This document shows, piece by piece, positions 1-12,316 of a DNA stretch of 63,965 nucleotides. The notes below the pieces were generated by a model. That model searched no databases and was not told the DNA's origin. It saw only the letters and a list, made by a program, of their open reading frames with translations. The position numbers were made by a program, and so were the translations under genes. This DNA comes from Rhina ancylostomus. Its lineage: Eukaryota. The stretch covers positions 27,135,882 through 27,199,846 of the forward strand of contig JARFYF010000017.1 of the NCBI GenBank assembly GCA_030265395.1, in the 5' to 3' direction. Numbering within the stretch: position 1 is the stretch's first letter; the number at the start of each line of letters is the position of its first letter.

Positions 1-1428
1 GCGGCCTCATCAGTACCCTGTACAGTTGCAGCATACCCCCCCTGCTCTTAAATTCAATCCCTCTAGCAATGAAGGCCAACATTCCATTTGCCTGTTGCAC
101 CTGCAAACCAACCTTCTGTGATTCATGCATGAGCACTCCCATGTCCCTCTGCACAACAGCATGCTACAACCTTTCACCATTTAAATAACAATCTGATCTT
201 CGATTTCTCCTTCAAAAGTGGATGACCTCACATTTACCAACATTGTACTCCATCTGCCAGACCCTTGCCCACTCCCTTAACCTATCTATAACTCTCTGCA
301 GACTCTCCGTATCCTCTGCACAATTTGCTTTTCCACTCAATTTAGTGTCATCGGCAAACTAAGATACGCTACACTCGGTCTCCTCTTCCAAATCGTTAAT
401 GTATATCGTGAACAGTTGCGGGCCCAGCACCGACTGCTGTGGCACCCCACTCACCATGGATTGCCAACCAGAGAAACACCCACTTGTCCCAACTCTCTGC
501 CTTTTATTGGTCAACCAATCCTCTATCCATGCTATACATTACCCCAACTCCATGCATCCTTATTGGATAAGTCTTTTATGCAGCCTTTAACGCCTTCTGG
601 AAATCCAAGTATGCAACAACCACCTGTTCCCCTCTATCCAATGTGCTCATTTTATCCTCAAAGAACTCCAATAAGTTTGCCAAACAGGACCTGCCCTTCC
701 TGAATCCATGCTGTGTCTTCTATCTAGACGTCTCACTATTTCTTCCTTAATGATAGCTTTAAGCATTTTCTCAACTACAGACATTAAGCTAACTGGCCTA
801 TAGTTACTTGCCTTTTGCCTACATCCTTTTTTAAACAGTGCCGTGATATTCACTGTCTTCCAATCTACCAGAACCTGCCCAGAGTCCAGAGAATTTTGGT
901 AAATTATGACAAACACCTCTACCATAACTTCAGCCATTTCTTTCCGTACCCTGGGATGCATCCCATCAGGACCAGGGAACTTGTCTACTTTTAGGCCCAC
1001 TAGTTTGCTCATCACTACCTCCTTAGTAACAGCGATTGTATTGAGGTCCTCACCTCCCATTGCATCCATAACATCTCTCTCTGGCATGTTGGATGTGTCC
1101 TCCACTGTGAAGACCAACACAAAATAGTCATTCAAGGTCTTGGTCATTTCCACATTACCCAATATTAATTCCCACTTCTCATCTTCCAAGGGACCTATGA
1201 TCACTTTAGCCACACTTTTTTGCTTTACTTAATTACAAAACCATTTACTATCTGCTTTTATATCTGCTTTCACAATCTATCTTCCCTTTCCTTATTGCTG
1301 CTTAGTGGTTCTTTGTTGCTTTTTAAAGTTTTCCAAATCTTCCAGATTCCTACTACTCTGGGTGACTTTGTATGCATGAGCTTTTAGCTTGATGTCTTCT
1401 TTTATTTCCTTAATTATCCAAGGCTGAT
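1..1428 (-). mobile_element. CR1-clade LINE fragment (ORF2 reverse transcriptase region), decayed
   Basis: ORF 647-1213 has CR1 ORF2 motifs (PGPDGMHPRV, ITALFKKG, NYRPVSLMSVVEK). Further along the minus strand are YLDFQKA (~588-610), GVPQQSVLGPQLFTIYINDL (~390-450) and the catalytic FADDTK (~341-358). Frameshifts and stops are present, and the element runs off the window edge. Confidence 0.93.
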
Positions 1429-1454
1429 AAATGCCAATTATTATTCATGCTACA

Positions 1455-2225
1455 CAAGTACCAGGCAATGACCATCTCTAACAAGAGAGAATCTAATCAC
1501 CTCTATATTCTACAAATTTACCACTTCTGAACACCCAACTTTCAACTTCTTGAGGACCCTATGTAATCAGATTGTTAACTGGGTCAGTAAAGTGCTGTGG
1601 CCTGGAAGGGAACTTGCTGGTAGTGGTGTTTCATAAGCCCACTCCCTTCAGCTTTCTAAGTGATTGAGTTACTGCTGAAGAAGTGTTGGCAAGTTGCTAC
1701 ATACATCCAGCAGATGGTCGGAACCTGAGTATTCTGGGTTGAGTGATTCACTATCTAACTCCACAATGGTTTTTAACCATCCCCAAAGCATGTCTCCGAA
1801 GAGGGATGGAAACTTCTCAACTTGCTTAATTAAGTACTGCTCCAGTAACAAACAAGAAGACTGACACCTTCCAATCAAACAATTCAGCTTATCGCACTAA
1901 ACATCTATCCCCTCCACCATTGGAGGAAGTGGCTTTGGTATATTTCACCTACAAGACACATTGCAATAATTTCCAGGGTCCCTTTATCAGGATTTCCCAG
2001 ATCCAATAGTGTCCTGAGAGTCACACAACATTGTGATTTGAAAACATATCACTGTTCTTTCATCACCACTGATCCAAATTCCTGTAACTTTTTAACTAAC
2101 ATCACTGTGAGAATGCCATCACTTCTCTGAATGCAACAGATCAAGCAAGCATTTCACCACCACTTTCTCAAGGGACATTAAGGAGTGCCTTTTTGAAATT
2201 ACATGTATCCTGTGAATACATAAAA
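1455..2225 (+). mobile_element. Old CR1-like LINE 3' portion, highly decayed
   Basis: ccaggcaatgaccatctctaacaagagagaatctaatcacc matches the element at ~59150-59420. It ends in a caccaccactttctcaagggacattaagg 3'-end-like segment followed by an A-rich tail. Confidence 0.55.
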
Positions 2226-2354
2226 GGAAAACAAGGTGGAAGCAGAATTAATTAGTATTTTTATAAGAAAGGAGTAATTGAAATACAAACATTTTAAATG
2301 AAAATGGGCTAAGGAATGGAATTAATTGTCCAGCTATTTTAATATAAAAAAAAC

Positions 2355-2478
2355 AAAATAATAAAAATGCAGGAAATCTGAAATAAGAACAGAAAATATT
2401 GGAAACACTCAGCAGGTCAGGCAGCATCTGTGGAAAAAGAAAATGAGTTAACTTTTTAGGACAATGACCTTGATCAGA
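2355..2478. mobile_element. Short non-autonomous repeat, Penelope-terminal-repeat-like, with decayed hammerhead remnant on the minus strand
   Basis: Carries the family core actcagcaggtcaggcagcatctgtgga shared with the copies at ~3190, 15680, 40735, 61140 and 62465. The minus strand at 2478-2447 reads TCTGATCAAGGTCATTGTCCTAAAAAGTTAAC. Confidence 0.7.
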
Positions 2479-3138
2479 TGTTTTACTGTGATGCACCATA
2501 TGGCGTATATGTGCTGTAAAATGATTTAAGCTTTTAAACTTATAGAAAGATTAAAAAAGGAGATTGAATTATTACTATGGCAGAACCATTATTTAAATAA
2601 AATACAACTGTGAATGAAATTAGAAAAAAGTTAACCTATGACCACATAACTTTCTATTGTAAAATCTCTGTAGATCAAAAAGTCAGTCATTAAATTAAAG
2701 CTTTAGTAAGTAATATTTACTGGTCACAACGAAAGCATCCATGTAACACAGACTGAAACTATAATTTGAACAGAAGCCAACTGTCTCTGAATCTGTTAAT
2801 TAATCTGCTATTTAGAGTAAAGAAACAGATGTACAGGTCTCAGGGATGACAGGCCAAAGGGACACTCTGAGTTTGCGATATTAAGTTCTTTCCAAGATAA
2901 AACAATGAATGTGAAACTAAATGCACAACAGGACTGATACAAAATACATCAGGTACATGGATATGACCTGGCAGGTGAAGGTGTGATTGGAATATTATAA
3001 GAGTGGGAGTGGAGAGGAGAGTCTGCCCTGAGGAGCACTCAGTTAATGCACTTCTCTTTCTCTTATAGGACTATATGATAATATAATTGATAGCAGCAAC
3101 ACAAAATGGGCAGGGGACAATCTCTGTCTCTGCACTCT

Positions 3139-3272
3139 CAGTTTTGATCCAAGTTTTTGACCTGAAACAATGACAATTCCTTTTCACCACAGATGCTGCT
3201 CGACCTGCTGAGTTCCTCCAGCAGATGGTTTATTGCTCCAGATTCCAGCATCTGCAGTCTCTTGTGTCTCCA
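3139..3272. mobile_element. Short non-autonomous repeat, same family, opposite orientation
   Basis: Contains gacctgaaac followed by cacagatgctgctcgacctgctgagttcctccagca...ccagattccagcatctgcagtctcttgtgt, close to the reverse complement of 40677-40760. Confidence 0.8.
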
Positions 3273-4514
3273 TGAAGATCCATCTTTGGTTCAGTCTCTA
3301 CATACCTTCATTTGTCCAAGACCCCCTTGCATATTGTGATTTGCACCAGTTTCCCATCGTGCTGGTGTGTGCTGACTAGCATTGGCTCTCAATTATCATT
3401 TCCATCTTGATGCATGTAGGCCTGGACTTTGCAGCCAACAGTGAAATGACAGCACTCTGCTGGCTCCTCAGAAGCCTGTTAATAAGTATGTCCAGCAGTT
3501 TCTCTGGAGTGACTTTCCCCTTTCCTGTGTCAGTTGCAACTTGGTACCGGCAGTATGTCATCAAACTGACTGAGCAGCCAATCAGTTTGAACACTTCTGA
3601 CAGATTTCAAGCTAGGAAATAAAAACAATCTAAACCAAGATAAATTTAAGGCTGCACTATGCATATGGATTAAGGTGGAAGCTGAAAGAGCATAAACAAA
3701 TTTTTAATATGTAAACTTATTATTTAAATTCAATGGTAGTAAGTTGGAAAGTACAAGAAACAGGTGCAGGGATTGCAATGCGTGAATAATCCATGCCCAT
3801 TTAGCGCATGCAGAGTACATGCAAGACACAAACTGAAGCCTCATTAATATGAATTCACTGGCAGACCAGTGGTAACTGTGAAGTGGGGCAAAGAGATTCG
3901 CAATCCACAGGGTGGGGAGGGGGAATTTAGGAAGCCCTTCAGAGGTAAATGGCAAAGTAGTCATGTGCACAGGGAGGCATCAAGGCAAATGCAAGCAGTC
4001 AGGACTCAAGGCAGTGCTCCCAGAAATTCACTGAACTCAGAAACATGGATAACATCAATAAGCACATCATTAAGTTCTATCTCCCTTCAACTGAACCACA
4101 ATCCACACACTTTCTTCCAAACAATACATACCTATTTTCTCACATTGGTCATAACAATCACTATCAGTCAGGTCTGCAGCCTAACAATCAAATAGCCAGA
4201 TGCACCCTCATACACTTAAGTCTACTCCAAGAGTCCCACAAACACACTTTCACAGCTTCTACACATTGCCAACTATTCAATAGTTGGCACAGCACCAAAG
4301 CAGATTGCATTACACTCAAGCAATGCACTTCTCTCTCTCTCGTAGGGCAACATGACGTAATTGGTGGCAGCAACACAAGACGGACAGGGGACAATCACTG
4401 CTCCAATGACTCACCCTCCTGGAGGATAAATGCTGGTCATTAATTGGAGTTGTCACTGAATCCTTGGCCAACTATGACCCAGAGAGCACTGAAAATAATA
4501 GTCTCGTGTCACTG

Positions 4515-4600
4515 AACATCAATGTAGGAGTTCCTTAGGACAGGCTCCCAGGCCCAACCATCTGAAGAAGTTTCACCAACGATTTCCCGAATATTATATC
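4515..4600 (+). mobile_element. Small LINE RT remnant
   Basis: ggagttccttaggacaggctcccaggcccaaccatct...caccaacgatttcc is a decayed GVPQGSVLGP..F..FINDL coding segment, similar to 58825-58990. Confidence 0.5.
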
Positions 4601-7600
4601 GTCAGTCTTGGGAATGATTTCAGTGTTCACTTCTGTTGTGATTATGTTCATTGCAACTGTAATCTTATCAGTCTTTTCCTAGCTGCTTTGCCGAAACAGC
4701 TTGCCAATATTACCCTTCTTCTAGTAACCAAGGACGATAACATTGGAGAGTTATTGAAAGAACCACAGACACTGATGAATTTGGACACCTGCTTTGCAGT
4801 ACACTGCAAGAGGCCTCCAGGCATTGAAAGTAGCCTTAGGACACCATTGCTTTTCTCAATCAGGTTGTGGATGAAGCATTACTCTCCTGTATGACTGTTC
4901 TCTTGTTCCTGGGCTTTAAAGTGCGGTTAGCAGCCAGGTTGATCAGAAAATATCCCTTGTCATCAGGTATCCACCCTTCAGTCTAAACCAAAATAACAAT
5001 GGGCCACCTTGTGCTTCACCTGGGCCATGCCTCGAGTTCACCCTCTAACTTAACCTTTTGTGGCCATGCAGCTCCTATTAACCTCGTGATTGTGCTGCTG
5101 TGGCTTTACTGGGGGGTGGGATGTCCACAAATGACAACTAAGTCTACTGTTTTAAAGCCATTAAAAACTCAGCAATACTGCTTTCAATGAGTATAACATT
5201 TTCAATGGCTTTCGCTGTGAGTACAGTATGTAAAAGGTTGCAGTTCTCATTTATTCACAGCTTTTACATTGATTTCCTCAGTGAGTGCTTCAACTGCACA
5301 GAACATGAAGGAGCAGCGAATCATTGTCAGCAGCTTCTGGCTTATGTGCACTCAGAAGATACTGTCAGATTTCCTTCATTTGAAAGGTGAGTGCTGATAG
5401 TCTCAATGTTATTTTCATCACAAACTCTGGCCGAATGTCATGATCTGTTTCATTTCATTCAATGTTCAACTAAGAGTCAAGAATGACTTCAATCCTGTTT
5501 TAGGCATCACCTCTGTCATATTGACAGTAATATTTTTTAAATGTATATTCATTCTATATTTTAAGTCGCAGATTCTGGGTCAGTGTGTCATGCATTTAAA
5601 GCCATTCCACAGACATAATTCAAGACAATGTCCACATGCCAGTTTGTCGTCAGTTAACTGTGAAGACTGGTTGCTTTTATAGCATCACAAGCAATCTATG
5701 GGATTACCACTAATAACCCTTGGTTTAAACTATCCTTCCAATGTCCTTGAAGTCTTTAATAGTGGGTTTATAATCAAGTGAAACTATGAATGCATATAAT
5801 TATTCTAATTACTTAAAGCAGAATTCTTCACTTGGTTGTGGAGTAACATTTGCATTTACAATATGTTCAACTGGCAGGTCTGATATAAAATCTAACATTT
5901 ATATGCAAAAAATAATTTTTAAAAAGCATTCCTTAAATGATAAAATGCAAATGTTATGGAAACTGAATTTAGAAAAAAAAATAAGAGAGCAACATGTTTA
6001 CATATATTAATTCTGGACACAAAGACAGCCACTGACCAGTGACTGCAACAATGTAGGAGCTTCAAATGAAAAATTTTCAAATAACTTGAGAAAGCCTTCT
6101 GTGGAAATCACTTAGAACAATTTGAGTTATATTTAATGTATACAATGTATATTTTAATAGAAAACCCTTTATGGTGTCAGTAAACAATCTCTCCTTTTAT
6201 GTACTTACATGCTTTCCCAAGGCCATTATAATATTAGGATGTGTTGGAGACGCTTAGTCACAGTTATGGAATGAAAACTTGTGGGGCTTAAAAGATTTCT
6301 TCCAATGCTTACTGCACAAAATAAATAAGCATTGCACGCAAATGTGATATGACCTGATTTTGTTTTAATTAAAGAAGCCATAAACATAACATATTTATTA
6401 GCTATATGACTTTAGTAGACCATTTCTTCATAACCAAGCTCCCAGTCATTGATATTATTGTATGAATAGTGATTTTGAGAAAAATGTTCCATGTTATTCA
6501 GCTTTTTCATACTTAGAGTGATAAGTGCAAAATTGTTAGTATGATATAATCACAAATCACGGAGAAATATGGCAGGAATGTCATTTCGTATGGTAATGTA
6601 GGCCATTGGTGTGCATGGATTCAGCACCGCAATATGGCGAACAATAAACTTACACTAATTCAGGCTGGTATCAGGGTTGTGTCAAGCTTGCATTAGACAT
6701 ACAAAACTCTGACAGAATATTTTTACAATTTGCATGTAGTCAATGATACAGATCCTTCTGCAAACCTGTTAAGTTGGGAAGAAAATTATTTACCTTCTCA
6801 TTTCCTGTATTTGAATAGAACATGGAATAAATAGTCTTTTGAATGAGGAAGACCCTTTGTACAAAAGCAATACATTCTGTCCATCTTTAATACTCTAAGT
6901 AATTATAACAACTGTATCCAGCAACTAATCCTTCACTGTCTGCAGAATAACCTTAAAATATATCCTTAACCACAGGAAGACGCCAGCTATAAATGCGACA
7001 GCTCAGGATGTATGCAGGGAAATGCTGCTGGAAAATGAGAACTAATGTGTTCAGGATTCTCATGCTTGTTTAGAAAACAAAGATACAAGAAGTGGAAGAC
7101 AAAAGCACAAACTTTGGATCATGATATAAACAGTAATTTTCAATATCCAACAGAATATCTAATTGTATGAATAGGGCTTAAGTAGTCTAGCTTTGTCTAT
7201 GCAGTTTAGATTTAGGCTGTTTATATCTCAGTTTCTTAGAATAGAATTCTATTTTTCAAATTATATTGGGATGTATTATTTATTTAAGTATTTAACAATT
7301 TATTTGTAAAAATCATAACTTATGCCATGGATTTATCTTTCATTCCACCCTTTATCTTCCCTTTTTTCTATCTTAAATGGTAAAAAGTGACAAGTCCCAA
7401 TTATAATTGACTCCTCATCAATTTATACGTTTTACATTCAAGGTTACAATTGAAAAACAAAGTCCTTTCTGCAATGTTAATGTTAAGCTTTATTACCTGC
7501 ATTTATGATTGGTCAGCAGTGTCATGGTTTGTGCCAAAGGGCATAGTTGACACATGAAAAAAAACAGCCTAGCAACAAGAACAATCTGTTTTGGTAGCTG

Positions 7601-9036
7601 GGCTACTCCTTCCCAATTTACAGGTTCATATAAAAGAAGAGGGTCTGAATGGATAACTAATGCTAGTGGTTTGTAGTTTGGCTACCGTGTATAAATTTAT
7701 CTGGTCATCTGCTAAACATTAAATACTATGATAACCAGCTATTGGTGAAATTGGATCTCAAGCCATCGATAAATCAGCAATAATCATCTTAACTATACAC
7801 TTTTACATCTAATTATATAGTGTATGGGCAATTTTTATTCCCCTCCGTCTCTCCAAATTTTCCGAACAGCTGGATCTCTAATAACTAGGGAAGAAGCATG
7901 AAAAGGTTAATAGATAAAATCAACCAGTGGTGCTTTGATTCTGCTTTTATGTGATGCAAATTTCCTGGAAAAGAGCCTGAACTACTGTACTGCTTCAGCA
8001 TTTTTTAAGATTCTTGAGCAGATCAAAGAAGCCCAACTTTGAAAAGCCATGGAGTACATCAATTCTAAACTGTGCTGAAAGAAAATTACTATTGCTAATG
8101 TTAAGAAAAAAGAATCTCAAAGATCTGAGCAGTGAGTACTTAAGCACGCTTCAGCTGAATTAACGTCATATATGGTTAAATGAAACAAATTTAACAGTGA
8201 AGTTAAATTTGCTCCCCAAATGTTCTTTTGAAGGATTTTTTTGCTATCTCAATGGTAAATAACTATAAACAACATTTCACTTTTGTCCTTGTCAGGAGAA
8301 ACAGCAGACAGATGAAGTTATTTGCAGATATTTAAAAGTAAAAGACAAATAGAGTTGGAGATTATGAATGTAAAGACAGGAAAAGCATTTAGTGTTTGCC
8401 ATTATTATTCTCTGAAGCTTGATAGCAAATTTAGGTCCACACATGCATGGTTAAATATAGAAAGATGGACATTGCTATCAATTATGCCTTTATTCTCCAT
8501 AGAAAGCTGTTGCATTCATTCAAGTGATTAGTGATTTGACATGAAGTTCAACTTTTATGCACTATTGTCACTGTGAAAGTTATTAAGTCACTTATACCTT
8601 GTTAAATGAGGTGTTAAGAAGTTTTTAATGTTGCACTTTGCCATAATTAGTGCTGAATATATAACCTATATCTGGAAAGTTAGGTTATGCCTTTCTGATA
8701 CATTTTTTCATTTAAAATGTTTGCATTTCTTTAAATGTTTCTTCATGTGGGGCTAGATCATGGGGATGGCAAGCCAGTGATTCTGTGGAGAACTGCCAGC
8801 TAACTGCAATGGGTGGGTCAATGCATTCCTGTCCAGTCCAACAAACTGGAGCTCAGATGCTGGCGCACCTGACCTTCCACGCCACAACTGGGCTCAGCAA
8901 GGAAGCTGGGAGAAGGGTTCAGTCGTACAGAGCTGAGCAAATATTTAATAATGGCCCCATTCATCTGAATCTGGTCACAAATCTTCATTAAAATAAAAAA
9001 ACACTGGTACTCTTTGAGCAGGTAATCGTTAATGTT

Positions 9037-10008
9037 NNNNNNNNNNNNNNNNNNNNNNNNNNNNNNNNNNNNNNNNNNNNNNNNNNNNNNNNNNNNNNNN
9101 NNNNNNNNNNNNNNNNNNNNNNNNNNNNNNNNNNNNNNNNNNNNNNNNNNNNNNNNNNNNNNNNNNNNNNNNNNNNNNNNNNNNNNNNNNNNNNNNNNNN
9201 NNNNNNNNNNNNNNNNNNNNNNNNNNNNNNNNNNNNNNNNNNNNNNNNNNNNNNNNNNNNNNNNNNNNNNNNNNNNNNNNNNNNNNNNNNNNNNNNNNNN
9301 NNNNNNNNNNNNNNNNNNNNNNNNNNNNNNNNNNNNNNNNNNNNNNNNNNNNNNNNNNNNNNNNNNNNNNNNNNNNNNNNNNNNNNNNNNNNNNNNNNNN
9401 NNNNNNNNNNNNNNNNNNNNNNNNNNNNNNNNNNNNNNNNNNNNNNNNNNNNNNNNNNNNNNNNNNNNNNNNNNNNNNNNNNNNNNNNNNNNNNNNNNNN
9501 NNNNNNNNNNNNNNNNNNNNNNNNNNNNNNNNNNNNNNNNNNNNNNNNNNNNNNNNNNNNNNNNNNNNNNNNNNNNNNNNNNNNNNNNNNNNNNNNNNNN
9601 NNNNNNNNNNNNNNNNNNNNNNNNNNNNNNNNNNNNNNNNNNNNNNNNNNNNNNNNNNNNNNNNNNNNNNNNNNNNNNNNNNNNNNNNNNNNNNNNNNNN
9701 NNNNNNNNNNNNNNNNNNNNNNNNNNNNNNNNNNNNNNNNNNNNNNNNNNNNNNNNNNNNNNNNNNNNNNNNNNNNNNNNNNNNNNNNNNNNNNNNNNNN
9801 NNNNNNNNNNNNNNNNNNNNNNNNNNNNNNNNNNNNNNNNNNNNNNNNNNNNNNNNNNNNNNNNNNNNNNNNNNNNNNNNNNNNNNNNNNNNNNNNNNNN
9901 NNNNNNNNNNNNNNNNNNNNNNNNNNNNNNNNNNNNNNNNNNNNNNNNNNNNNNNNNNNNNNNNNNNNNNNNNNNNNNNNNNNNNNNNNNNNNNNNNNNN
10001 NNNNNNNN
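9037..10008. other. Assembly gap
   Basis: Run of N. ORFs spanning it are artefacts. Confidence 1.
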
Positions 10009-12258
10009 CTTGACCTTAGAAGGCATAAATAGTTCCTCAAACCAGTGGAGGGGTAAGTTCTCACCACAGAGAGCAGTGCATGATTATTGGGCAGATTTAT
10101 TCAGGGACGGCTGTGAGCATTGTCCTTTTGCTCTTATAGTTATAATGTGCAACAGAAAATCAAGGCTAATATTGGGTAGCACATCTCAAAACCTTCTAGT
10201 TCTGATGACTTCTAAAGAAGTTTTATCATTACATGGCAAGCTTCTCCCTACCCAAACTAATGGTCTGGAGCTGCCTTCATCAGCCCTGTTGTGACCTTGT
10301 AGAGCAACAGCTGGGAACACGACCCCAACTGAAGGGTGGTCTTAAAAATTCCCATCATATGAATAAAAATTATTTAACAGCCAGCTAAGCCATGTCCTCA
10401 GTTTAGGCAGGACTATCAACACTGTTAAAATACTCAGAATGTTTCTGTCATCCAGAAACATTCCAAAAAACACTAAAAACATTTATATTCACTCAAACAA
10501 TTTAAGAAAATGTAAATTAACTGGAATATATTTTCTTGCAGCTGTTCTTGTCAATGGAAATGCTGTTTGTGCTGCAGATCCAACCTCACTTTTGTTGTTT
10601 GTGCAGTTTGCTCCTGTTAGCTAGTGAGGTATTGCTGCAACTTTATGTTTCTATCCAGGACTCTGGAAGGATTCCAGTACATCACCACTGGGCCACTACT
10701 TTAGATCTATATTTGTAGACATGTACCCAGAAATGNNNNNNNNNNNNNNNNNNNNNNNNGAGTAATATCAGCAAATATCAGTCATTTGGCCAAATCTTTG
10801 CATAAAATTGAGCACTTGTACCTTTAGTGTGGCTTCAGCAGGTAGGTCAGTGGCCAAAGATAGTGGAATTCAGCTTGAGTAATTGTATCCATAGGGGCAG
10901 CAGTGCTTGGAGGCAGGGTTGTAAGTATAAAGCAATACCGGCTGAGAAAAAGCTTGCCTATATAAGCAGAGTACCTGTTCCCAGAGTGCCATTTTTAAAA
11001 TATATTGGCAGTAGATTTTGAGGACAAAAAACTCTTTGCAATGATAAAATAATGATAATCAGAACTTATGAACTCTGTCCTTCTTGAATAGGCTCTGCAG
11101 GTTAACCTCGCATGTAGGGATTCCCTACTCACAAGGTGGGGCCACAACAAGCCCTGCCCATAAAAGCTGGCTGAGCCACACCCCTATTCATCAAAATAGA
11201 TACATTTTGCTTTATCACTTTGAAAAGGAGGACACCTGGATCAACTACACTGGCTGGGAGAGGTTTTCAGTTTCTAANNNNNNNNNNNNNNNNNNNNNNN
11301 NNNNNNNNNNNNNNNNNNNNNNNNNNNNNNNNNNNNNNNNNNNNNNNNNNNNNNNNNNNNNNNNNNNNNNNNNNNNNCTAACCTGATTTTGGAAAATGGT
11401 TTTTAGATGGCAGTGATTCAAAACCGTTTGGTTTGCCAAATAAAATGCATCTTGCAGCAGATAAATAATTTCATATAAGCATTATTATTTGTACCTGTAA
11501 AGTATGTTTTCACCTTCACATTGGAATCTGAATAATTTGCCACAGAATGGAGTACTTTTGATGTATGGAGAGAGCTTTACTTTTTGTTCGGCTTGGTTAT
11601 GTTTGACATGAAGGTGCTATTTAAGATATGGATTCTTCAAAATGACTGTACTTATCCAAAATGAACTGCCCAATCCAAAATGAACATATCATTCTATGTC
11701 CTGAACTGATTTGTGTAAATGAAGGTTGGTGTTAAAGGGTCAAAGGTGTCAACTGGGCACACCTTTCCTCCTCTTTTTCCCGCTGTCATTTTTGTGAAAA
11801 GATAATTGTACACTTCAGCAAAATATTACAATCAGAAGTAAAATGTGAAAAAGTGCAATGTACCCCACTTTACCCTCAACATGGTGTGTGTTATAAGACA
11901 ATCATAGATTCAAGCATCGCTGGACATTGTCATAAGGGGAAAAATAAATCACAATAGCATATTTACCATTGCTAAGATTAGTGATGAACTTNNNNNNNNN
12001 NNNNNNNAATTAAACCAAAAGTGTGTGCATGTAAGAAATTAATCCCATTTTAGCAGATTGCTGCTGATGAGAGTGATTGACATTTAATTGGCACCATGCT
12101 TTCAGAAACACTCTCAATGAAGGTTTTTCTCTATTCAAATGAGAGCCCTTTTTTGAAAGAAGACACTTTCTTAAGGAAACACGTACATACATGAACTTAC
12201 ATCACTGTTTTGGATTGGCCTGGTTCAGAATGCACCTGTCAAAATGAAAATAATGGAA

Positions 12259-12316
12259 AATTGAAAAGAATTCAACTCTAAGTTGACATCTTTGGAGTTG
12301 AATTCTAGTTTCAATT
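12259..12316. repeat. Inverted repeat / hairpin
   Basis: AGAATTCAACTC (12267-12278) pairs perfectly with GAGTTGAATTCT (12295-12306). The stem extends by AATTGAAA (12259-12266) / TTTCAATT (12309-12316) across a 2-nt bulge. Confidence 0.85.

Noticed and set aside
647-1213. RT-like ORF as a functional gene, retron or domesticated RT
   Set aside because: It is a frameshifted fragment of an ordinary CR1 LINE with stops in adjacent RT motifs.
8818-10294. Long ORFs of 180-420 aa here and at 26.5-27.2 kb and 50.6-51.3 kb
   Set aside because: They consist mostly of X from N-gaps.
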